Assembly: GCA_934525065.1 (NCBI GenBank)
Contig: CAKSYX010000003.1
Span: forward strand, 27,543 to 91,542
DNA length: 64,000 nucleotides
Origin: an uncultured Eubacteriales bacterium
Lineage (GTDB): Bacteria > Bacillota > Clostridia > Oscillospirales > Acutalibacteraceae
Direction of reading: 5' to 3'
In this document: piece after piece, positions 36,424 to 45,049 of the stretch
Numbering within the stretch: position 1 is the first letter of the stretch
Layout: every line of letters starts with the position of its first letter
The notes under the pieces: generated by a model
Database searches by the model: none
What the model was told of the DNA's origin: nothing
Seen by the model: the letters and a program-made list of their open reading frames with translations, nothing else
Translations under genes and position numbers: made by a program

Positions 36424-36623
36424 TAGGCTGAAGAGCTTCGAACTCAATGCGGTTTTTAAAGGCGAATTTTCGCCGATAATTCGCACCTGAAGGACTTGTT
36501 TTTTCGTGCAGTGTGGTGCTTCTTTGGCGAAGCCATACTGACGTATGACGAGACAAAAAAAGTGCCGCAATGTGCGGGAAAACAAATTCTTAAGGCGCAT
36601 TGAGTTCGGAGTTCTTCAGCCTA
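36424..36623 (+). repeat. modular TIR-closed intergenic element, copy C (200 nt)
   Basis: TAGGCTGAAGAGCTTCGAACTCAATGCG ... CGCATTGAGTTCGGAGTTCTTCAGCCTA. The stem is 28 bp: 26 Watson-Crick pairs plus 2 G-U on the plus strand. Confidence 0.85.
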
Positions 36624-36706
36624 ACGCCCAAAAAGCGCAAAGCCGACCGTTTCCGTTGTTCACGGACACGGTGCTTTTGCGCGATAATTGTTTTATAGCC
36701 GCAACT

Positions 36707-36737
36707 GAAAAAGCCCCGCGCCTTTCGGCACGGGGCA
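36707..36737 (-). terminator. rho-independent terminator after the small-peptide operon
   Basis: Minus strand reads GCCCCGTGCC-gaaa-GGCGCGGGGC followed by TTTTT. Confidence 0.75.
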
Positions 36738-36764
36738 CCTTCGTGCAAAATTCAGTCAGAAAAA

Positions 36765-36884
36765 TCAGTTGATCCAACCGTCCCCGTCGATTTTTCCGAA
36801 TCTGTTGAGGATACTCTCAACAAAGCTGAGAAAAGCCTGGAAAATACCTCTGAGGGTTTCATATGCCTTCATTGCAGCATTCAT
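36765..36884 (-). CDS. 39-aa small peptide (amphipathic helix, acidic tail)
   Basis: Not in the ORF track. AAAGGAG lies 9 nt before the ATG. Product is MNAAMKAYETLRGIFQAFLSFVESILNRFGKIDGDGWIN. Confidence 0.5.
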   Translation of the reverse strand: MNAAMKAYETLRGIFQAFLSFVESILNRFGKIDGDGWIN

Positions 36885-36907
36885 CGTTCCGTTCTCCTTT
36901 CAAGCTT

Positions 36908-37066
36908 TTAAGCCTTGTCTTCTTTGTCGCCCCAAATCGTGTCATAGAACTTGGTGTAGCCGTACGGATCATCTTCAGCGCCGACAACATAAGCTACCCA
37001 ACCCATAACGCGGTCAAAGAAACGGACAACATCTTTGCATACGTCAGTAAAAGTATTCCAGTTCAT
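36908..37066 (-). CDS. 52-aa small acidic Trp-rich protein
   Basis: Not in the ORF track. AAAGGAG lies 7 nt before the ATG. Product is MNWNTFTDVCKDVVRFFDRVMGWVAYVVGAEDDPYGYTKFYDTIWGDKEDKA. It lies 23 nt upstream of the 39-aa ORF. Confidence 0.5.
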   Translation of the reverse strand: MNWNTFTDVCKDVVRFFDRVMGWVAYVVGAEDDPYGYTKFYDTIWGDKEDKA

Positions 37067-37141
37067 GCAAAAACTCCTTTCGGTGATTATTGATTTAATT
37101 CAAAACCAAGGCGGACTTTCCCCACCTTTAAACTTGATAAT

Positions 37142-37170
37142 ATTTTAAACCAAGTTTGCCAATTTGTCAA
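37142..37170 (-). promoter_or_regulatory. consensus sigma-A promoter for the small-peptide operon
   Basis: Minus strand reads TTGACA (37165-37170), 17 nt, TAAAAT (37142-37147). Confidence 0.6.
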
Positions 37171-37290
37171 CGCGATTATTAAAAAATTATTAAATTTGTG
37201 TATTATGCATATTTAGCGGCGGAAAATTTAAACACTTTTACCTTGAAAAAGCCGTCATTTTCAGAATATTTCCGCCTCATCGGCGTAAGC

Positions 37291-38328
37291 TCAAACCTTG
37301 AAAACGGTGAGGCTTTTGAACTTTTCTCCCTTTTTGAAGGTGCACTGCGGAAACTCCGGTCTGTTAGGCGTATCGGGATAATACTGCGTTTCAAGGCAGA
37401 AGCCGAAGTTCTTGTCAAGGCCGATTCCGTTTTTGCCCATTTCACCGTCCATGAAGTTGCCCGTATAAAGCTGAACACCGGGAAGGTCAGACAAAACCTC
37501 GAGCTTTCTTCCGCTCTTTTCGTCCTTTGCCTTTGCAACAAGGCGAAGCGTTCCGATATCGCCGTTGACGCAGAAATTGTGGTCATAGCCGCGGCACTGA
37601 ACAAGCTGAGGGTCGTCGTTTTCAATGTCTCTGCCGATTTTTTTGAACTCTCTGAAGTCAAACGCGGTGCCCTCAACGGGTCTTATTTCGCCCGTGGGAA
37701 TGCTGTTTTCATCGGTCGGAGTGAAGAAGTCGCAGTTGAGCATAAGCTCATGGTCAAGAATGCTTCCGTTCGCCGTTGTTCCGAGGTTAAAATAAGCGTG
37801 GTTCGTCATGTTTATTACCGTCTCGCGGTCGGGAACGGCTTCGTAATGAATTTCAAGCTCATTGCGATCCGTCAGAACATAAGTAACCTTTGCATCAACC
37901 TCGCCGGGGAAGCCCTGTTCGCCGTCCGGGCTGCGGTATGAAAATTCAACAGCATCGTCGTCAACGATAATGGCCTTCCAAAGCGCGCTGCTGTATTCTC
38001 CGCCGCCGTGCAGGCAGGTGATGCCTTTTTCGTTTTTGGTGACGTTATACTCTTTTCCGGAAAGAGTGAACTTTCCGCCGCTTATTCTGTTTGCATACTG
38101 GCCGATGATCTCTCCTGTGTAGGTTCCGGAATTGATATGGCCGAGAATGTTTTCAAAGCCGACGATGATGTCGCCCATGACGCCGTCGCGGTCGGGGCAA
38201 ACAAAGGAATTGAGGGTCGCGCCGCGTGTGATTATCCCGGCCTGAACACCGTTGTTGTTTTCAATCGTATAGAGGAAAACCTCTCTGCCGTCCGGCATAT
38301 TGTCATAATGTGTTTTGATAACGCTCAT
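37291..38328 (-). CDS. galM: aldose 1-epimerase (galactose mutarotase)
   Basis: Start at MSVIKTHYD (RBS AAAGGAG). ...LHGG...; ...NHAYFNL...; ...CLETQ... mutarotase blocks. Confidence 0.8.
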   Translation of the reverse strand: MSVIKTHYDNMPDGREVFLYTIENNNGVQAGIITRGATLNSFVCPDRDGVMGDIIVGFENILGHINSGTYTGEIIGQYANRISGGKFTLSGKEYNVTKNEKGITCLHGGGEYSSALWKAIIVDDDAVEFSYRSPDGEQGFPGEVDAKVTYVLTDRNELEIHYEAVPDRETVINMTNHAYFNLGTTANGSILDHELMLNCDFFTPTDENSIPTGEIRPVEGTAFDFREFKKIGRDIENDDPQLVQCRGYDHNFCVNGDIGTLRLVAKAKDEKSGRKLEVLSDLPGVQLYTGNFMDGEMGKNGIGLDKNFGFCLETQYYPDTPNRPEFPQCTFKKGEKFKSLTVFKV

Positions 38329-38361
38329 TGCTGGTCTCCTTTTCATGTAATCTATCTATAT

Positions 38362-39669
38362 TCATTTTTTTACCGGCAGAACCTTGCTTTTCACATCGTT
38401 CTGCCACGCTGAAACCTTTTCTTTTTCAAATTCCTCAGGCGCGGCAGCGAGAGCCTTTGAAAGCTTTGCACCTTTCATGAGTCCGCCGAGTACCGAAAAA
38501 AAGTACGCCGGTTTTTTCATTCCGCGGACAAACTTGCCCAAAAGCACCGAAGGCTTGGTATTTCTTCCTGCACCTGCAAGGTCGCCGGCCTGAACAACAC
38601 CGCTTTCAAAAAGGAAGCTCACTCCCTGCGGCGGAAGGTTCAAAAGAGTATTTTTGAGACTTTCGTTCCGCGCTGTTTCTGCACCGTAAAGGCGGTGAAA
38701 ATCGCGGTTATATTTCCACAGTGCTTTTGAATCGGCACTGTTTTCTTCAATAACGGTTTTCGCGAGCAGCTGACCGGCTCTGAGCGAGAGGTCAATGCCC
38801 ATTCCGTTCATTGGGGTCGTCATGAAGGCACTGTCACCGACTGCGGCGTAGCCGTCCGCAACCATCAGAGCAAGCGGACGCCGAACGGGAATCACACCGT
38901 CTGTTCCGCCATGGAGAACCTTTTCTCCAAACCACGGATGGCTTTCACAAAAGAGCTTGGTATGCTTTTCAAAAAGTGATTCATCCGGCTTGTCAATTCT
39001 TCCGATAAGGATATCAACGCTGTTTTCGTTCGTGCAGCACCATGAAAGACCCTGTTCGCCGTTGTGGCAAAGGTACACTTCAAAGGGAACCGCCTTTGCT
39101 TCTGCGTTTTCTTCGGCTGTTTTTTCAAAATAAGTCCGTCGCACATAGAACACGTCTCCCCTTTCGGGAGCGTTTTCTATTCCTAAGGAAGCCGGGAGCG
39201 ACATCCTGACAGGCGAAAACACACCCGCGGCATCAATCACAAGGTCGGCAAAGACCTCGCCGCTTTTTGTTTCAACGCCTGCTACTTTTCCGCAGGAGAC
39301 AAGAGCAGAAAGCACCTCTTCACCGAAAGAAAGCCTTACACCGTTTTTTTCCGCGTTTTCAATGAGCATATTTAAAAGCGGCTTGCGCCACATGACCTTC
39401 TGACGGTTCTCTTCGGAATAGTTTACAACAACGCGCGTTTTATAGTCAGGCGAAATGAAGGCACAGTCACCGCGATACCGCCGGCTTTGGCCGGGAATCT
39501 CCTGACCGGTAATTTCGCGCAGAATTTCAAAAGTAAACCTGTCTTCCCAGTCATGGCCGAGGTTCTCCCGCTTTTCCTTTTCAAGAACGCTTACGTCGTG
39601 CCCGGCCGCAGAAAGCAGCGCGGCAGCCGTAAGTCCGCCGTGACCGGCACCTGCAACAATAATTTTCAT
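38362..39669 (-). CDS. FAD/NAD(P)-dependent oxidoreductase (geranylgeranyl-reductase-like fold)
   Basis: MKIIVAGAGHGGLTAAALLSAAGHDVSVLEK Rossmann GxGxxG; GD motif ...VGDSA. Confidence 0.65.
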   Translation of the reverse strand: MKIIVAGAGHGGLTAAALLSAAGHDVSVLEKEKRENLGHDWEDRFTFEILREITGQEIPGQSRRYRGDCAFISPDYKTRVVVNYSEENRQKVMWRKPLLNMLIENAEKNGVRLSFGEEVLSALVSCGKVAGVETKSGEVFADLVIDAAGVFSPVRMSLPASLGIENAPERGDVFYVRRTYFEKTAEENAEAKAVPFEVYLCHNGEQGLSWCCTNENSVDILIGRIDKPDESLFEKHTKLFCESHPWFGEKVLHGGTDGVIPVRRPLALMVADGYAAVGDSAFMTTPMNGMGIDLSLRAGQLLAKTVIEENSADSKALWKYNRDFHRLYGAETARNESLKNTLLNLPPQGVSFLFESGVVQAGDLAGAGRNTKPSVLLGKFVRGMKKPAYFFSVLGGLMKGAKLSKALAAAPEEFEKEKVSAWQNDVKSKVLPVKK

Positions 39670-39681
39670 ACTTTTCTCCCC

Positions 39682-40905
39682 TTACAGATCGGTCAGAATG
39701 ACCGTCAAATCGTTCACGTTTGTACCGGTGGGGCCTGTTATCAGCAACGCTCCGCCGCTTTTGAGCGCGTGGTAGGAATCATTGTTTTCAAGTGCGGCAA
39801 CGGGTTCGGAACCGCCGTTTTGAATTTTTTCAAAGGTGCTTCCGTCCGCAAAGCCGCCGGCCGCGTCAGTCGGGCCGTCTGTTCCGTCCGAGCCTGCCGA
39901 GGCAAATGCGATTCCGTTTTTCCCCTTCAGGAGGATCGCGGCGCAAAGAGCCATCTCCTGATTCCTGCCGCCAAGGCCGTTTCCCTTAAGCGTGACCGTT
40001 GTTTCGCCGCCGTAAATATAGGCGTTTTTTCCTTTTTCTCCGAGTGCGTTTTTAATTATGCTTTCGGCCGCGTTCCGAGCTTCGCCGCAAAGCGAACAGT
40101 CTCTTACACGAACGGTATAGCCGAGTTTTTTCGCTTCTTCTTCAGCCGCATCGCAGAGCATTTCAACGTTCCCTGCAAAATAATAGCCGCCGTCATTGAT
40201 TTTTAGCTTTGCACCTTCCGAAAGAACCGATAAGAGCGTCTCTTCCTCTTCGGGAAGGTACTTCAGAATGACCCTCCTCACCTCTTGTGGCGAAAGCGGT
40301 TCGGGAACGGTAATTCCGGAGGCAATTACACTTTTGTCGTTTCCGAGAACGTCAGACAGCGCAACGGTAATCACCTTTGCCGGATATGCGGCGGCGGCAA
40401 GACGTCCTCCCTTGACGAGCGAAAGTCTGCGGCGCACCGCATTCATTTCGTCAATGCTTGCTCCGCGTGAAAGGAGCTTTTGAGTGATGCTTCGCTGTTT
40501 TTCCGGCGTAACCGAGCTTTTTTCAAAAAGTGCACTGCCGCCGCCGGAAAGCAAAACCAGCAGAACATCGTTTTCTTTGAGCGACTGCGCAATTTCAAGC
40601 CCCTTTTCAGCGGCGCGAATGCTGTTTTCATCGCTGACCGGGTGAGCCGCTTCAATAACCTCAAACCGATTTGAAGAAAAGCCTTTTGCGTGGTCATATT
40701 TTGTCACAAGCAGACCGCAATTGATTTTTGAACCGAGTACTTTTTGTGCGGCCTTTGCCATCGGCACGGCAGCTTTTCCGATGCTCATTACGGCGAGCCT
40801 GCCGCCGGCGGAAAGCTCAAGCTTTTCAATTATTCTCGCCGTGTTTTCAAACGGATCGGCCTTTTTGATTGCACGGTTTATAATTTCAAGGACATCTTCC
40901 GTCAT
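39682..40905 (-). CDS. glycerate 2-kinase (DUF4147 + MOFRL family)
   Basis: ...LLSGGGSAL..., GGETTVTLKGNGLGGRNQE, GSDGTDGPTDAAG. Confidence 0.8.
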   Translation of the reverse strand: MTEDVLEIINRAIKKADPFENTARIIEKLELSAGGRLAVMSIGKAAVPMAKAAQKVLGSKINCGLLVTKYDHAKGFSSNRFEVIEAAHPVSDENSIRAAEKGLEIAQSLKENDVLLVLLSGGGSALFEKSSVTPEKQRSITQKLLSRGASIDEMNAVRRRLSLVKGGRLAAAAYPAKVITVALSDVLGNDKSVIASGITVPEPLSPQEVRRVILKYLPEEEETLLSVLSEGAKLKINDGGYYFAGNVEMLCDAAEEEAKKLGYTVRVRDCSLCGEARNAAESIIKNALGEKGKNAYIYGGETTVTLKGNGLGGRNQEMALCAAILLKGKNGIAFASAGSDGTDGPTDAAGGFADGSTFEKIQNGGSEPVAALENNDSYHALKSGGALLITGPTGTNVNDLTVILTDL

Positions 40906-41825
40906 GCGTTCCCTCCGTTCATTTCGTCAAAAATGATGTTGCAGGTTCTTTCGCCCTCATCGAAAAGAAAAATATGTCCCGAACCCTCAAATGTATGAAA
41001 GTGCATATCGGGGAAAATTGAAAGAAGCTGCTTTGACTGGTAATACGGCATTGTTTTGTCTGCCGTGCCCCAGAGTGTGCAGACGGGAATTTTATGTTCG
41101 GCAACCTTTTTATAGTTTGGAACGGTGATGTCCGGTCTCATCAGCGTGTTGCGAAGGCTTGAAAGCGTTGCGCGCAAAAAGCCCTTGTACCTCGCGCCCT
41201 CGGCAAATTTTTCAAGGTAATAGCCGGTCTGTTCCTTGCTGTATATCAGCTCAGAGCAAGAGCCTTTCAAAAGCAGCTTTCCGCCGAGAGTGCCGAACAT
41301 CAGCTCGCCCAAAAGCGGCTTTTTTGCCATTTTCATATAAAGCGGTGCTTTATACTCCATTCCGGCCGGAGCAAGAAGGAAAAGCTTTTTCACCCTTTCC
41401 GGCCTTTTGGCGGCAAAAGCGGTTACAATCGCTCCGCCCATTGAGGTTCCGAAAAGGAAGAACTTTCCTTCCGGCAGGAGCGCGTCGGTCAGCTCTTCAA
41501 GCTGAAGGGCAAAGAGAGACGGCGTGTAATCCTCTTTTACCCGCTTTGAAAGTCCCCTGCCGAGCAGATCATACCGTAAAACCCTATACCCCTTTGAAAC
41601 GAGGAAATCAAAAATCTTGTCATAGATAAAATACGGCGTTGCAAAGCCGTGAACCAGAACGACCGCTTCGCCTTCGCCCTTCATTTCATAGTGAGTTTCA
41701 CCCGAAGGGAGATTTATGTATGAACCGGAGTGCCTTTTCTTTTCCTCCTCTGTCAATTCGATTTTGTCAATGCTTTTGATGAGTTCGGAAAGCCGCTCAT
41801 TGCTGACAGAAATATTCTTTTCCAT
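40902..41825 (-). CDS. alpha/beta hydrolase
   Basis: VVLVHGFATP; FGTSMGG (GxSxG); C-terminal GSGHIF. Confidence 0.75.
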   Translation of the reverse strand: MEKNISVSNERLSELIKSIDKIELTEEEKKRHSGSYINLPSGETHYEMKGEGEAVVLVHGFATPYFIYDKIFDFLVSKGYRVLRYDLLGRGLSKRVKEDYTPSLFALQLEELTDALLPEGKFFLFGTSMGGAIVTAFAAKRPERVKKLFLLAPAGMEYKAPLYMKMAKKPLLGELMFGTLGGKLLLKGSCSELIYSKEQTGYYLEKFAEGARYKGFLRATLSSLRNTLMRPDITVPNYKKVAEHKIPVCTLWGTADKTMPYYQSKQLLSIFPDMHFHTFEGSGHIFLFDEGERTCNIIFDEMNGGNA

Positions 41826-41914
41826 TTTCCGTTATCCCCTTGCCGTCAGATTTTTCTTTTCAGCTTATAGTAGCACAAAAAAGCAACCTTTTTCAAGGGC
41901 ACACTTCAGACAAC

Positions 41915-43078
41915 TCAGCTAAAGCTTTTGAGGAATTCTTTTGCTCCCTTCGGCAAAGCGAGCGAGCCCTGAACAATTCCGTCCCTTCCGCCGCCGCGGC
42001 CGGAAAAGGCAGAGTTAAGCGCCTTGCAAAGCGGGGAAAGCTCAAAGCCGGTCTTGGAAATTATGACATATCTCTCCCCGGCTTTTCCGAAGAGGACGGC
42101 GGCAAACTTTTCGGCCTTGTCCGAAAGCTTATCGGCAAGCTGCCTTGCCTCGTTCATATCTTCCGTTTTGCTTTGAAGAATAATTTTTTCTCCGCCTTCA
42201 ATGCTTTGCACTTTGAGGGCGTAAAGCTCTTTTCTGAGCGCGGCGTTTTCGGCGGAAAGGGCAGAGCGCTCTTCAAAAAGTCTGCTCACGGCCGAAAAGG
42301 TTTCCGTCTCCCTTGCAACAAGCAGGTTGCTCACAAGGTAGTTTTGCGAGAGCTTTTCCCTTGCGTCAAGCATAGCGCGTTCGCCGCAAAGAATGAAAAA
42401 TCTCATTCCGCCGCGGTGGCGTTCGTTTTTGATTATTCTGAAAGAGCCGACCTCGCCGGTTCTTCTGACGTGCGGCGCACAGCAGGCACAAATGTCAACG
42501 CCGGGAATTTCAACGATCCTGAGTTTTCCGTCAATTTCTTTTTTGCTCCTGTATGAAAGGGTCTTCAGTTGCTCCCCGCAGGGGTAGCTGACCTTGATTT
42601 CAAGGTTTTCCCATATCGCTTTGTTGACAAGGCTTTCTACTTTACAGATGTCATCATTACTCAACTCACCGTTGAAATCAACAGTCACACTGTCCTGCGA
42701 AAGGTGAAAGCCGACATTATCATAGCCGTAGAGCGAATTAACGATTCCGGAGAAAATATGCTCGCCCGTGTGCTGCTGCATATCGGAAAAACGCTTCTTT
42801 ACGTCAATTTTTCCAAAAATTTCAGCCCCAGGGCTCAATTTTTCAACATTCTCCACGTCGTTTTCCACGATATGAACAATTTTTCCGTCAATAATTTGAA
42901 CGTTTTCAACATATATGCCGCCGAGAACGCCGCGGTCGCTCGTCTGTCCGCCGCCCTCCGGGAAGAAGGCTGTCCGGTCGGTTTCAATGTAGGTGTAACG
43001 CTCATCCTTGTAAAGTGATATGACTTTACAGGTGAATTCGGTCACATAGCTGTCAAGGTCATAAAGTTTTTCGGTCAT
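41915..43078 (-). CDS. alaX: alanyl-tRNA editing protein (AlaX-L type: editing domain plus DHHA1)
   Basis: HTGEHIFSG (HxxxH) and CCAPHV (CxxxH) zinc motifs. C-terminal GGGRDGIVQG. Confidence 0.75.
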   Translation of the reverse strand: MTEKLYDLDSYVTEFTCKVISLYKDERYTYIETDRTAFFPEGGGQTSDRGVLGGIYVENVQIIDGKIVHIVENDVENVEKLSPGAEIFGKIDVKKRFSDMQQHTGEHIFSGIVNSLYGYDNVGFHLSQDSVTVDFNGELSNDDICKVESLVNKAIWENLEIKVSYPCGEQLKTLSYRSKKEIDGKLRIVEIPGVDICACCAPHVRRTGEVGSFRIIKNERHRGGMRFFILCGERAMLDAREKLSQNYLVSNLLVARETETFSAVSRLFEERSALSAENAALRKELYALKVQSIEGGEKIILQSKTEDMNEARQLADKLSDKAEKFAAVLFGKAGERYVIISKTGFELSPLCKALNSAFSGRGGGRDGIVQGSLALPKGAKEFLKSFS

Positions 43079-43106
43079 GTTGTCCTCCCATGTACGGCAT
43101 TTGCAG

Positions 43107-43141
43107 AAAAAACGGCGGCGGAAAAACGCCGCCGCCGTTTT
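43107..43141. terminator. bidirectional rho-independent terminator
   Basis: AAAAAACGGCGGCGG-aaaaacg-CCGCCGCCGTTTT. Confidence 0.8.
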
Positions 43142-43151
43142 AAATCTGTCC

Positions 43152-44399
43152 TTATGAAAGCTTGTGAGTGAATAATCCGCTCAAAAGCTTCGGCTCAAAC
43201 CATGTTGACTTCGGCGGCATGACCCTTCCTGCGTCCGCAATATCCATGAGCTCGTCAAGTGAGGTCGGATACATTGAAAAGGCAATTCTCATGTCGGTCT
43301 TGCAGCGTCTTTCAAGCTCGCCGAGTCCGCGGATTCCGCCGACAAAGTCAATGCGCTTGTCCGTTCTCGGGTCGGTGATTCCGAAAATCGGGTCAATGCA
43401 GTTGTTTTGAAGAATTGAAACGTCAAGCTTCAAAACCGGGTCGTTTTCGTCAAAGCTTCCTTCCTTTGCTTCAAGCTTATACCAGCCGCCGTCAAGGTAC
43501 ATTCCGAAGGTGTGGCACTTTTCGGGATGATATGCGCCCTTGCCCTCATAGGCGGCAACGGTGAATTTTTCCGAAAGCTTTTCAATGAATTCCTCCGGCT
43601 CATAGCCTGCAAGATCCTTGATAACACGGTTGTAGTCCATAATTTCAAGCTCATTCTTCGGGAACGCAACGGCGAGGAAGAAGTTGAACTCCTCTGTTCC
43701 GTCAAAGCTTGGGAACTGTTCGCGTCTCTTGAGTCCGACTTTGACTGCGGAAGCGCAGCGGTGGTGGCCGTCTGCGATATAAAGCGCATCGATCCTTGAA
43801 AACTCGTCTGCAATCGCTTTGTTGATTTTTGCGTCGTCAATCACCCAAACGGTGTTCCGAACGTCGCCGTCGCTTGAAAAATCATAAACCGGGGCGTGCT
43901 CCTCCTGCCAGGCGGAGACGGTTTTGCTGATGAAATCGTTTTCGCGGTAGGTGAGGAAAATCGGGCCGGTGTTTGCGTTGCAGTAATCAACATGGTTGAT
44001 TCTGTCCTGCTCCTTGTCGGCTCTCGTGAACTCATGCTTTTTAATCACGCCGTTTATGTAATCGTCAATGCCCGCACAGCCGACAAGGCCGGTCTGGGCT
44101 CTGCCGTTCATTATCTGGCGGTAGATATAAAAGCACTCGGCTTCATCCTGCTTGCAATAACCGTTTTTTGAAAGCGCGTCAAGGTTTTCGCGCGCCTTGA
44201 GATATACCTTTTCGTCATAGATATCTACCGAAGGATCAAGGTCAATTTCCGCCTTGTCAACGTGGAGAAAGGAGATGGGGTTGCCTTTGACCATTTCGCG
44301 CGCTTCCTTGCTGTTCATAACATCATAGGGAAGAGCGGCAATTTTTTCTGCGTATTCCGGAAGCGGGCGAACCGCCTTGAAGGACTTGAAAACAGCCAT
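43152..44399 (-). CDS. DUF1015-family protein
   Basis: MAVFKSFKAVRPLPEYAEKIAALPYDVM... and IADGHHR are characteristic of DUF1015. Confidence 0.8.
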   Translation of the reverse strand: MAVFKSFKAVRPLPEYAEKIAALPYDVMNSKEAREMVKGNPISFLHVDKAEIDLDPSVDIYDEKVYLKARENLDALSKNGYCKQDEAECFYIYRQIMNGRAQTGLVGCAGIDDYINGVIKKHEFTRADKEQDRINHVDYCNANTGPIFLTYRENDFISKTVSAWQEEHAPVYDFSSDGDVRNTVWVIDDAKINKAIADEFSRIDALYIADGHHRCASAVKVGLKRREQFPSFDGTEEFNFFLAVAFPKNELEIMDYNRVIKDLAGYEPEEFIEKLSEKFTVAAYEGKGAYHPEKCHTFGMYLDGGWYKLEAKEGSFDENDPVLKLDVSILQNNCIDPIFGITDPRTDKRIDFVGGIRGLGELERRCKTDMRIAFSMYPTSLDELMDIADAGRVMPPKSTWFEPKLLSGLFTHKLS

Positions 44400-44592
44400 T
44401 TTTATAACCTCTTTCTTCTAAAACTTTATTCTTTTATCAGCCTTGAGCCGATCATTTCTCCTCTATTTTATAGTTCGTCAAATGTTTTGTCAACCGTTTC
44501 TCAGCCGAAAAAATGTATAAACCTTCAAGCTGCGGAAAAAAATAGTTTTAAAGTGACCGCAGGCGGTTTTGTTTTGAAAGTGAGGTATTTTC

Positions 44593-45036
44593 ATGGCGGT
44601 TTCAAAAGAAGAATATTCAAACATGGCGAAGCGTTCATCTCCGGGTTCTCCGGTTTTGAAGGACTGCCTCAAGGCATTTTGCGTGGGCGGCCTTATTTGC
44701 ACATTTGCCCAGGTGCTAAACTGTTTCTTTTCAAAAACAGGCATGAGCGAAGACGAAACCAAGGCTCTCGTTCTTGTTGTCATCATTGCGCTGACCGCAC
44801 TCTTCACGGGGCTCGGGCTTTTCGACAAGCTTGCAAAGCACGCCGGCGCAGGCACGGCTGTTCCGATCACGGGCTTTGCAAATTCAATTGTTTCCCCGGC
44901 GATGGAATTCCACGCCGAAGGGCTCGTCCTCGGAACAGCGGCGAATATGTTCCGGCTTGCCGGTCCGGTAATCGTTTTCGGCTGCGGCAGTGCGGCGCTT
45001 TACGGACTGATCATCTTTATCTTCGGGCTTTATTGA
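44593..45036 (+). CDS. spoVAC: stage V sporulation protein AC
   Basis: ...CLKAFCVGGLICTFAQ...GAGTAVPITGFANSI... 147 aa. Confidence 0.9.
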   Translation: MAVSKEEYSNMAKRSSPGSPVLKDCLKAFCVGGLICTFAQVLNCFFSKTGMSEDETKALVLVVIIALTALFTGLGLFDKLAKHAGAGTAVPITGFANSIVSPAMEFHAEGLVLGTAANMFRLAGPVIVFGCGSAALYGLIIFIFGLY

Positions 45037-45049
45037 AAGGGGTGACAGA

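Noticed and set aside
36260-36556. N-terminal 99-aa extension of the mfd ORF in the track
   Set aside because: It reads through repeat element copy C and a structured leader. A good RBS plus ATG at 36259 gives a canonical 1175-aa Mfd. The extension peptide recurs in an unrelated ORF at 27198-27572 only because the DNA repeat recurs.
44515-44544. Forespore (sigma-F/G-type) promoter upstream of spoVAC: GTATA-N14-GGAAAAAAATA
   Set aside because: The spacing and the -10 match are imperfect against the Bacillus consensus as I remember it. It is plausible biologically but not supportable from sequence alone.
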